Shown: positions 1 through 10,411 of the stretch, one piece after another
Position numbering within the stretch: position 1 is the first letter of the stretch
Layout of the letters: each line of letters opens with the position of its first letter
DNA from: Amoebophrya sp. A120
Lineage: Eukaryota > Protista > Dinoflagellata
Assembly: GCA_905178155.1 (NCBI GenBank)
Contig: CAJINV010000002.1
Location: forward strand, 12,890,387 to 12,954,386
Length of the DNA stretch: 64,000 nucleotides
Reading direction: 5' to 3'
Notes under the pieces: model-generated
Database searches by the model: none
What the model saw: the letters and a program-made list of their open reading frames with translations, nothing else
Told to the model about the DNA's origin: nothing
Made by a program: the position numbers and the translations under genes

Positions 1-1
1 G

Positions 2-949
2 ACCGGCGATGATAACGCTCCCGGATCAACAAGCACATACTCGAATGACGAAGCGGAAGAGGAAATCACCCGGAGTGAGTGTGAGGATTGCAGTCTAAAT
101 ACGACCTTTTCATCTTCCAGAAACAGCGGCACCGAAGTAGACGGGCAGGGGTCAGATTCGGGCTCAGATGAAGATGTAGAGGACGGAGATGAAGACGATT
201 ACTACAGTGAGGGGAATCTTCCCACGTCCTTTTTTCCGAGCTTAGCCCAGGACTATGACGAGATGTTTTTTCACCGGTTCCGGCCGCTTGCGAACCGACG
301 CGAGTATCCGACTCTGCTGGACACAGAAATTTTCGCCGGGGAGAGCACTACCGAAAGTGCTGGTCTCTACGATGAGAAATCTCCCTTCGGTTCGGACGAA
401 CCCAAGCTAATCATGAGATTGCGCGAAGCGTTGCAGATGTGTGAGCAGTTGCGAAACCGGATACCCAAATTCGGCAAGGCATTTTTCCTCGCGCACCTTG
501 TCGAGATGATCCTGTTCCTCTTCTGCTGCAAGACGACAAGGGCGAGCTTCACAGACCTGTGCTTCTCCGAAGCCTTCAACCTGAACTTTCAAGGAGCGGT
601 CTTCGCGCTGCTCGGCATCGTGTTCGGAACGATCGGGTTTTGCAGATTTTCCGGGCCCGTGCGGCTCACGTTCGAAATCGTGGGGTTCAGCGCCGCCTTT
701 CTGCACATCCTCGTCGTCGCGCTCTACCACACGTGCCGGTTTTTTCTAGCCGCCTCGACCGACGCGCTGCTGGACTCGATTGTGGATACCAAAATCTGGC
801 ACAGCTGGATATCCGTCGCGGTTGCGTTTCTGAGTGGCTTCGCGGCGCCAGTGTTTCACGAGGCGTTGATAGACATAACCTCGGACAAAACGAATCCCGA
901 GGAGGAGGACGTCAGCGACCTCGTGTGGGAATTGTTCTACGTTTCTTGA
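2..949 (+). CDS. Putative multi-pass membrane protein, tandem family member 1; 5' end lies outside the window
   Basis: The frame of ORF 263..949 stays open back to position 2 (acidic D/E-rich segment). FFPSLAQDYDEMFFHRFRPLANRREYPTLLDTE...YDEKSPFGSDE aligns by eye with FYPSLSQELGDFYLPQLVNRQQFPTLLDAE...FDEATPFGTED of ORF 1702. About 4 hydrophobic segments follow. Confidence 0.75.
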   Translation, partial: TGDDNAPGSTSTYSNDEAEEEITRSECEDCSLNTTFSSSRNSGTEVDGQGSDSGSDEDVEDGDEDDYYSEGNLPTSFFPSLAQDYDEMFFHRFRPLANRREYPTLLDTEIFAGESTTESAGLYDEKSPFGSDEPKLIMRLREALQMCEQLRNRIPKFGKAFFLAHLVEMILFLFCCKTTRASFTDLCFSEAFNLNFQGAVFALLGIVFGTIGFCRFSGPVRLTFEIVGFSAAFLHILVVALYHTCRFFLAASTDALLDSIVDTKIWHSWISVAVAFLSGFAAPVFHEALIDITSDKTNPEEEDVSDLVWELFYVS

Positions 950-1701
950 AAATTATTCTGATGTAAATTAATTGGAGCCAAAAGAATTCAAATTTTCGAA
1001 GAACAGGAGCAGGTTGCAGCAGCAACGGCTTCTATATGGTATTTTGTTTCTCGTCTCGCTCTCACTCGCACATCCATGGACATGTAAGACTTTTTAGTGT
1101 ATCCTTGGCATTGGACAGATTGATTGCGTCGACCTTCATGTGCCCACTGAACTTGTACCCGTAGCGATATCAACAACATCTCCTCATGCTGTATCCAGAT
1201 TTTGACCTAATATTTTGAAAACGAATCATTTTTTTTGTTCGGATTGGATTCGAGTACTATGTATGTGCAAGCTTCTCTAGTATGCCTGTGGTACTAGTTG
1301 CGTTCTAGTTGTCGTTTCTTTATTTTGCCCGCGGACTCCGAAGCGAGATAGAGAGTGAATTATCGTCTATGCCACCACCTCTGAGATCTGATGTCCTGTA
1401 CTCTTGGAATCGCATCAATCGCAACATTTTCGTCTGGTCGTCATCGTGCATTGTTTTCGCTTTCGCTACTTTCCTGCCTCGTGGTTTCTTATTCGAATGC
1501 AACGATGATCGTCAAGGAAAGGCAGCAGGCTTGCAGATCCAGATGAGGAACACGATCGATCATGAGAAACACTTGAATTTTTTGATTTCCATGATTCCCT
1601 GTGCTTTTTGTTATTCGCACGCGCACTCGCATTTGTAGAAGTTTATGGTTTTTTCAACATCAGAAATAAAGCGAACACGTTGAAAAGCACCCTCGGCCGA
1701 G

Positions 1702-2760
1702 ATGTCGTCGGAACAGCCAGCGGAGGATGAGGTAACCGAGCAACTAAACGTTAACGCCACAGCAGAGCATGAGCAGGATAAGGACGAGATCGGTAGTGTG
1801 GACGCTTCGGAGGACGGCGGGAGTGAGGAGTCGTACTTCGTCCGGCCGCGACGCAGATTTTATCCGAGTCTTTCGCAAGAACTGGGAGACTTCTATCTGC
1901 CGCAGTTGGTGAACCGTCAGCAGTTTCCGACGCTGCTCGATGCGGAGCGTTTTGACGATGAGGAGATCGCGGAAATTGCAATGTTTGACGAAGCAACACC
2001 GTTCGGTACAGAGGACGACTTTTCGTTGCGACGGCGCGCGCTGCAGGAAGCTCTGCGTGCGTTGGAAGAATCGAAGGAAAAGCTTCGCGAGGCAGTTGAG
2101 GATGCCAACCAACTTGGAGACGAAGCATACGAGCTCGCCCAAGAGTATACCAGGATGTTGAGCCGAGTGTGGAACTTCTTGATGCTATTCAACGTCGGAG
2201 CACTGGTCGTCTTGGGAATGATGTCGCTGTTGTTCTTCGCGGGATTTTGGCGCGGTGGAATTTGTCGCCAGCTCGGGCACGCTTTTGCATACCTACTGAT
2301 TACTCCGTTGTGTCGTGCAGCGCATGAGCAGCACCGGCCAGTTCGCATCTCGGCGCGTACGCGACTAGACATCGACCTGTTGTGCGTCGCCGTTTCGGCC
2401 GGGTTTACTGCCTCTGCGGGTTTGACGTGCGCGGTCTTGTACGGGCACGCTGAAAGCTGGGAGGATCTCGTCTACCTTGCGGTCAACTTTCGGCTCTCGA
2501 CCGGCACTTTCGCTGTGTTCCCTGTTAGCTTCTTTCTCGCTGTGGCAATCTACCGTGTTTATAGAAGTTGGAAGTACACCACCCTGGACAAAGCGAATGC
2601 GGCGAGTGAGACCGAAGGACAAAACGGTGAGTTCTCATCGTTCTCGCTGTACGAAGTATTTTACAGCGCAGTAAACCCCGTTCCTCTGGCGCAAATCACC
2701 GAGGACGGCCGGCGGGTGGTCTACGTTCCGCGCGACCACGACCCGTCAAGCTCTTCTTGA
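1702..2760 (+). CDS. Putative multi-pass membrane protein, tandem family member 2 (acidic N-terminus, coiled-coil, ~4 TM)
   Basis: 352-aa ATG-initiated ORF, GC-rich relative to its flanks. It has a coiled-coil-like segment (ALQEALRALEESKEKLREAVEDANQL), hydrophobic helices and clear similarity to ORF 2..949. Confidence 0.8.
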   Translation: MSSEQPAEDEVTEQLNVNATAEHEQDKDEIGSVDASEDGGSEESYFVRPRRRFYPSLSQELGDFYLPQLVNRQQFPTLLDAERFDDEEIAEIAMFDEATPFGTEDDFSLRRRALQEALRALEESKEKLREAVEDANQLGDEAYELAQEYTRMLSRVWNFLMLFNVGALVVLGMMSLLFFAGFWRGGICRQLGHAFAYLLITPLCRAAHEQHRPVRISARTRLDIDLLCVAVSAGFTASAGLTCAVLYGHAESWEDLVYLAVNFRLSTGTFAVFPVSFFLAVAIYRVYRSWKYTTLDKANAASETEGQNGEFSSFSLYEVFYSAVNPVPLAQITEDGRRVVYVPRDHDPSSSS

Positions 2761-3874
2761 GCGAACGCGAATCTACTGATCAACCTGTAACCGACCGCGA
2801 ATTTTTCGCGTTAGTGGAGTTATGAACGCTTTTATTTTCAAGGATTTGTCGTAATATATTTAGGTGAAGTTTCTATGCATGAAGCCTTATTGATCACGAC
2901 TTCGCACATTATGATAACTAAAGAGGACCAGAATATAGAAAAGCACGGGGGCTGGGGCTCTGAGCAGGTAGACATGCGTCCAATGGCAATGCATGGAGTT
3001 TGTTTTTGCGCGTTTGGTTTTGAGTTTCCTTCCGCCCCCAAACCGTAGATCCGTACAGAGATGTGTTTCAGCGCGTATGATGTTTTGTTGTTATCACTGA
3101 AATTAGCAAAAAATTCGAAAAATTGTACAAGATCAAAAAGATTGTCCGATGGAAAGGAGTGCGAAAATGTATTGAAACGTATTGATGGTATGTGGACGAC
3201 GAAAATGTCAGTGAAGCCATGGTAGCTGCAGAAAATAGAATTCGATCGTGGGGAAGCTACGTGGAAAGAATCCTACGGCAAGTGTTGCACTGACGAAGAT
3301 GGCACGAAATAGATACTTGTCCACGCAGCGGCGTTATCGGCTACACTACGAGTACGGTTGGACGAGGCTGCTTCTGCTCCGCCCTCTGTGAACAGCAGAT
3401 GGCTTTTCCTTTCCTGCTACGTCCTGAAGTTGGAAGATCGTTTTCGAGGATTAATGAGGCAAATTACTTCGAACTGAGAGCCGCATGAGAATGATCGTTT
3501 TTTTCGCACCAGTAGATGCAGAGTCGTAACAAGGAGCGTGAAGTAATGTATGAGTTTTCACAAGCAGACTTGTGCTTGTTGTTCTTGGCTTCGCTCGCTC
3601 CTGTCCCTGCCCTCGAGACGCGGGCGTTGTTGTTCGTTTTGTTGCTCGTCCTTCCAAGAGAGACACTGCTAATATCGGTATTCCCATGAGCATCTACGCA
3701 ATGCTCCGACGTTTTTGTGTTGCAGAACTGCGCTTCAAAATATTGAGATCAATCGCCCGAAGCTGCAGCTGCTAGGCTAGTTTTCTAACTCTGCCGAGGA
3801 AGTAAGTACACCGGAAGTGCAAACGCTTCAAAGTCACGCAACGACAGTAGACAGTAGGTACTCGGCCTTGCAAA

Positions 3875-4750
3875 ATGGTGGTGAGACCGACGAGAGCGCA
3901 GAGACACCGCCACGGCAGGGAGGTGACGCGGCTCGCGGCACGTGTCGCGCACCGGGACACCATTAAGAACCGAGTGCACGCCGCAAGCGAAACCGAACTG
4001 CAGGAGATCAATGAAGAGAACAAGAAGCACTTTGAAGAGGCGAAAAAGCGGCGGAAGCAGATAAACGAAGGCAACTGGAAGTTGTTTGTGCTGCACCTAG
4101 GAGCCATGTCGCTGTACCTGCTGCGGTGCTTCTCCTGCTATGTTTTCGGCGATGATCCTAACCTCCTTCCGCTGGCGAAAGTTCTCACCGCGGACGCATT
4201 TCACACGCACTTGCACGGGCTCGGCTACCAAGCACTCTGGCGCGTGTGCGGAACTCTGGGGTACTTCCCGTGGAAGCGCTCGGCCATGCGGTACATCTTC
4301 GAGTTGGAGTGCTGGGCGGCCTCATACGGACTCTTTCTTTCGGGAGTCTGGCACAATGCGTTAGCCCTGGTGGTGGCGTCCGACGCAGACTTCGCGGCGA
4401 TCAATGTCGCTGCGCCATCTGCAGCGTCGTGGCACAACGTGATTGTCGCACTCGTCAGCATTTTGCTGTCGCATTCGCTCTATGTGTGCGCAAATGTGTG
4501 CGCCGGCGTGAATCCGTTTGATCATCTAATAAGCTGTTTCACGACGGCGTCGCCCACGAGATTCGATGAGTTCTGTCCGGGAGACTCAGTGCTTTACAAG
4601 GCGTACTACGTCGACGTAAGTCCGTTTCCCGTTTTTTCCTTGGAAAAAGATGGCGACGGACACGCACGTGTCATCTCTGCCCCAGTGCGCGTCGACGCGG
4701 CCGGCGATTCGAAGAACGAAGGTGATGGCGCAGCAGTCGACGTGAACTAG
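3875..4750 (+). CDS. Putative multi-pass membrane protein, probable diverged member 3 of the same family
   Basis: 291-aa ORF with a charged helix followed by hydrophobic segments. C-terminal SVLYKAYYVDVSPFPVFSLEKDG..RVISAP resembles SLYEVFYSAVNPVPLAQITEDGRRVVYVP (member 2). WHNVIVALVSILLS resembles WHSWISVAVAFLS (member 1). Confidence 0.7.
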   Translation: MVVRPTRAQRHRHGREVTRLAARVAHRDTIKNRVHAASETELQEINEENKKHFEEAKKRRKQINEGNWKLFVLHLGAMSLYLLRCFSCYVFGDDPNLLPLAKVLTADAFHTHLHGLGYQALWRVCGTLGYFPWKRSAMRYIFELECWAASYGLFLSGVWHNALALVVASDADFAAINVAAPSAASWHNVIVALVSILLSHSLYVCANVCAGVNPFDHLISCFTTASPTRFDEFCPGDSVLYKAYYVDVSPFPVFSLEKDGDGHARVISAPVRVDAAGDSKNEGDGAAVDVN

Positions 4751-5874
4751 AAGAGCACCCGGTCGACCTTTTAACGATGCGACCTTGTGCTAAAAAAATA
4801 ACGGTGCCCGTGTCGGTCTCACGAAGACAATAACCACTAAAGGCCTGCTTCTTCTGAGGGCTAGTATGCTTCAATGAAATGAAATTGAAAACTGTTTCTG
4901 CTATCGGTACTGATTAGTGATAATGAATGTGCAAATATGTCCGCCGTATGACTATGATCTTGACCTCGTTTTTGTTGATAAGCATCCAAAGACACTTCCA
5001 CTTGAGACTTTTTCCAATTCTTGCATAGATGAATATGTACACCACAGGTTGACTCAAAATATAATTGCACAGACAGAGCATTGTGGACTATTCGTATTGT
5101 TGAGATTATCCAGGACTTCTTTCATTCGTAGAAATTAAAAGAAAATCACGCTCGTGGCCCGAGGAGTTTCTTTCCGTGCATACAAAAGAAAAATGACGTC
5201 CTAGCTACTCACCGTGCATTTCGCATTATTCGTGCAGACGAGTATCTGAACAACGTAGAACTCTATCGTAACGGGTATGAATAACACGAAAAGAAACGAC
5301 AAAAGTAGCAACATCACTTGAAAAATCCGTACAACTACATCGCATCGTCCTGCAATGACACAATTAACGCAATCGGTCGTACGCGTGTGTCTAGTATTAA
5401 AAGTAAAGTCCGTGAAAAAGTCGTGTTCGCACAAGAAGACTGCAGTGAGAGATAGAATAGCATCGAAAAGGAAAACAAGCACACCTAGTGTAACGATTTA
5501 TTGGGGGAAAAGAATTTTGTCAAACATCCGTGACAGCGAGGAACAACTCGATTTGTGAGGCTTATGAGCAAACTTTGATCTGATCCTATTGATTTTCAAA
5601 CGTACAGGACAACTTCTGAGTTTGAGAAGACAGTACAGCCAAAGCTGCTACTTTTTTTCGAAGATTCAGTCGATTTTTTTTATGGTCCGAGGGAGAGTTC
5701 TTTCTTTGGAAAAAATAGAAACAGCAAAAACCATGCCCATGCAGTTACTGTTAAGAGGTCAGACAGAAGTCGAAAAAACCATCCATTGTTTCGTTTTCAT
5801 TCAATCAAAAACTCACATCGTCCCACCTGTGTGCGATAACCCCCCTCCCGATTCGTTGTTGCACCCGTCTTGAA

Positions 5875-6389
5875 AAATTTCCACGAATCAAAAAATTTAG
5901 GTCTTTTACTAAATATTTAAGGCACTATAGAAGTTTTTCGGAAATACAAGATAAATATCTATATTTTTTTACCTATTTTTATTACTAGTTCAATATTACT
6001 TCAATAGCTCCTGATTATTCTTGTTTTAGTTTTTACTTCGCAAATCACACACTATTTGTTAGTTTATACTTATCAAAATCATCCAATTATTCTTGTTTTT
6101 AGTTTTTACTTTCGAATCACAATTTTTAGACTATATCTAGCTTTTTCCTGTTTAGATTTTTTCCTGGATTCTAGTAGTTAGAGAATTTTCTTCTTGATTA
6201 CTTACTATTCGGAAACTATCTAAATCTTGCATGTCCTTTTTTTTCTTCTATTCTGATTGCAATTCTTAAACACTAATTTACTATTTCACAATTGTCCAAT
6301 TACATTTCTTTACCTAATATTTACCTAATTACATTTCGCACTGATTTATTGCTAAACTTTACGCTCATTTATTCAAAGTTTCTATTCAG
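5875..6389 (+). other. AT-rich, G-poor tract upstream of the giant gene (candidate 5'UTR intron, outron or promoter region)
   Basis: Sharp compositional shift. Bounded by ag|GT at 5901 and tattcAG| at 6389. Contains an imperfect ~35-bp direct repeat (6014-6049 and 6086-6121). Confidence 0.35.
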
Positions 6390-6528
6390 GTTCCAAAACT
6401 CAAATGTCCTCTTGCGTTCTTCTTGCAGTCCTTGAACCTTTTTCGACGACCATGTTTCTCAACGACCACCCGAAGTTCATGCTGCAGATGGCGGCCAACT
6501 ACAGCGTTCACGGAACGAAGCGGTTGGC

Positions 6529-9500
6529 ATGTCGCATCTAGAGGGCCCGGTGAATAACTCCGCTCCCGACAGGCCTTTGTGCCTGTTGGTGGGCGCCAGT
6601 GCATCCTGCTCTTCCTCATCGCGATGGCGAACCTTGGAAGCCCCGCGGGCTTGGGTCGGCGACGCCACTCGTTCGACCCCGGTCTCCTGTCGGGCTACGG
6701 GCACGGCTCCGTCCAGGGTACAATCGTCTTCGAATTTTGCAGAAACGGAAACCACAACGACCACTGAAAGAACGGGTTTACTCAGCTGCAAAAACGATGA
6801 AGGGCAACAGGAAATAAAACAGAAAATCAACATAAAGCTTCAGAGCAGACGAAGATCTCTTCACTTCCGCCGCGCCCGCCAAGCACGTGCGGAGGAGAAG
6901 TTTTCTGTCGCTGGAGGAGAGGGTGAAAATGGACACAACGTCGAAAACGGAAATCCATCGTCATCAACTTCTTCCAGTCGAACTCGAAGCGCCTGTTGCA
7001 GCAGGATAAGAGAAGGAAATCATGCTGATAAAAATAGTTGTTCTTCACAGTTCGCCAACAGCAGACGAACAGAAGATGATATCTTGTCGCACAGTAGTTC
7101 TTGTACGCGTACGGGAGCAACTACTACAACTAGCAGCAAGTCGTCCTCCGCAAGGAGAACGGAGCAGACGGCTGGTGGTGCTTCCTACGACCTGCCTTGG
7201 GGCGCCACACCCTTGGTAGCGTCGTGTTTGACGATTATGTCCTACTTGCGCCTGTTCGTCGAGGTGTTGCTGCGCTTTCTGTCCAGGAAGAAACGGAGAA
7301 GAAGGAGACCGCGAGGCATCGAGCAGTTTTTATCTCTTCCCACGTCCTCTTCCAGAACAGAATCCCGCAGTACTAGGAATAAAACCTCAACAACACTAGT
7401 ATCAGTGCCTTCTCTAGAAAGTAAAAGTTGTTGCTTCTCGCAGCAACCACCAGAAGCAAGATATATCAAGACCAGCAAGCTGGCACGTCGCACGAGCACT
7501 TCATCAAGAAGTTGTGCAGCTGCCGACGTAGTAGACGAAGCGGAAGTCGCGGGGAATAATTGCACTTCTAGCCAAACCTACGACTACGCGTGTGATCCCG
7601 AGGCGCTGGCGCTTCTCGCAGACTACACGCGCAGCGCGGAAGAGCCCGCGTGGTGCGGCAGTTGGAACAACTTCCGGATTCTACCGGAGAGGTTCATGAT
7701 CTCGTGTCCTCCTCGGCGAAAGAGCAGTCTGACCGAACAGTCGACAACATCATGGACAGCCGCAGCAAGACATTTCTGCTCCGGAACAAGCTCCACGTTG
7801 TTCACAAGCCCCGAGGGAACCCCGAGCAGCAAGACGCCACTCTTGCACAGCCTCGGGCGGCTGTTTTTGTTCTTTTTGATGCTGTTCATCACGACGGACG
7901 GTTTCGTGCAGGTGAGCAAGAACGGTCAGATTTCCCTGTTGGGTCCGATCAACATCGACCCGCAGTGCGAGGACAACAACCCGCAGAACTGCTTCAGTCC
8001 GCAGATCCGTTTCCGGAACAACGGAACCATCCAGTGGGTCGCGACCACGTTCGACTTCTACACGAACTCACTCGTGAACAACGGAAACACGGACTTCCTG
8101 CTGATGACAGGCACCCAGTTTTCCGACTGGTTGCTGAGCGACAAGAATCCGCAGGCCCCCGGCGGCTGGCTGGAGTACGGCAGCGAGGGCCGCGGCACCT
8201 TTCTGATCACCAGCGACCGGAAGGTGTACCTGAACACCACTTTGTCCGTGTTCAAGGCGGTGGAGATGGGCAGCAGTTTGTCTGTGCGCGGCTTCGTCAA
8301 GATGGACAAGCGCCTGTCCGTGGACGACAAGACCTACTTTGGCGCGGAACTTTTCATCGGCGACCCGTCGAAGTCCGGCTCTCGGTCGCAGACCAGGTTC
8401 GGGCGCGGTAACCCGGCCGGGTTTCCGCCCGTTTTGAAGATAGACACGCAGCCGGACTCGCCGAACCGGTACAAAACCAGTATCGCGGACCAGGCGATCT
8501 TCGGCGACTCGCTGGACATAAGGAACAGCACGAACCTGGGGAGCTGTCTTTCCGTGCAGTCGTTCGCACGGCTGTACAACACGCTCTCCGTGAACAGCTA
8601 CGTGCGGATCGGGCAGTACCTGTCCGTGAAGTCCTACACGCGCATCGGGTCCACGCTCTCCGTGTACAGCCTCGTGCGGATCGGGTCGCACAGCGGTGCG
8701 ACCTTTTCCATTGGCGGGGTGCACTCGATTTGGGGCTCCGCGACCTTCGGGTCCTCTTTATCGATCCGGAGGGCGATGAAGCTCGGCGGACGGTCCAAGG
8801 AAGCGGGCAGTCTGCGGTGCGCGCTGTCGCTGTTCGGGCAGATGCGGTACGGGCGGAAGATGTTTTCCGTCGCGGACTTCACGCTGCTAGGCTCGATGTT
8901 GTCGTTGCGAAGCTACGCGCGCCTTGGATCCAGCATCTCGCTGTACGGGATGGCGCGGCTCGGATCCAGTTTTTCCGTGCTCGATCTGGGGCATCTGGGT
9001 TCGAGTTTCTCGCTGACGTCATTCGCACGGTGCGCCAGTTCGTTCTCCGTCTTCGGCGTGGCAAGACTGGGTTCCGCGATGTCGTTACTGGACTTCATCA
9101 GCTTGGGGACCGGAATTTCCGTGCGCGGATTCGGGCGTTTGGGAAGTAGTCTGTCGGTCTTCGGGATTGCGAAGGTGGCCTCCGCCTTCTCGCTGCTCGA
9201 TTTCTCCAGCTACAGCAGCACCCTGTCGATCCGGAAGTTCAGCCGGCTCGGGTCTAGCTTTTCCGTCTACGGCATGATACGGATCGGGAGTTCGTTGTCG
9301 GCCCTGGACTTCGTGTCCCTGGGCAGCTCGCTCTCCTGCCGGACCATCGCGTGCTGCGGTTCCGCGCTATCTGTGTACGGAATTTCCAAGCTGGGTTCCA
9401 GTTTGTCGGTGCTCGACATGGTCACCATAGGCTCTGCGATGAGCGTCCGGTGTTTCGCGAGGTTAGGTTCAAGCTTATCGCTCTTCGGGCTCGCCAGACT

Positions 9501-10411
9501 CGGGTCGACCCTGTCCATCCTGGACAGCGTGCATATTGGGTCCGCCATCTCAATACGGACGTACGCGCGACTAGGCAGTAGCTTGTCGTTGTTCGGAATC
9601 TCCAGAATCGGGAGCTCGTTATCCATTCTGGACGTTTTGAACGTAGGCAGTGCGATGTCGGTCCGTACCTTATTCCGGATGGGAAGCGCCTTCTCCGTGT
9701 ACGGCGTGTCAAGACTAGCCAGTGGACTCAGTCTCCTAGACTGCCTGCACATCGGGTCGGCGTTGAGCGTGCGAAATTTCGCCAGGTTAGGCAGTGCCAC
9801 GAGCGTGTTCGGTATCACGAGACTAGCGAGTACGTTGAGCTTACTGGACTTCATGACGATGGGCAGCAGCTACTCTCTCCGGACCTGCTTGCGACTAGGC
9901 TCCGCGACTAGCGTGTACGGTATGATGCGACTGGGGTCGATCTTCTCGATCCTGGACTTCGTGTCGCTCGCGTCCAGCTTCTCCCTCCGGAACCTGGCGC
10001 GGTTTGGTAGTTCCCTCTCCGTATACGGTTGCAGCAGACTCGGATCCGGGCTGTCGGTGCTCGATTTTGTGCACGTCGGCTCCGCCATGTCCATCCGCAA
10101 GTTCGCCAGGCTAGGGTCGAGTTACAGCGTCTTCGGCATCCTGAAGTGCGGGTCGAACCTGTCGATTCTGGATTTCGTCACGGTCGGATCCGCGATCTCG
10201 CTGCGAACGATGAGCCGACTGGGAAGCAGTCTGTCGGTGTATGGCTTAAGCAAGTTTGGCAGCAGCCTTTCGGCGCTAGACATGCTGAACCTCGGCAGCG
10301 CTCTGTCGTTGAGGACCTTTGCACGCTTCGGGAGTAACTTCTCGGTGCTGAGCAGTTGGTGGATGGGCAGCAACTTGAGCGTCGCGGACTTCGTCGTGTT
10401 CGGCAGCAGCT
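6529..10411 (+). CDS. Giant repeat gene exon 1: low-complexity S/R/T N-terminus, hydrophobic segment (~7861-7902), non-repetitive domain, start of the repeats
   Basis: ORF 6529..10422 up to element 1. Contains RLFLFFLMLFITTDG. Repeats become regular after ~8850. The 5' part could be UTR or use a later ATG. Confidence 0.75.

Noticed and set aside
971-982. Dinoflagellate spliced-leader relic (minus strand ttttggctccaa)
   Set aside because: The match is short and imperfect, on the opposite strand and downstream of a gene, so it is compatible with chance.
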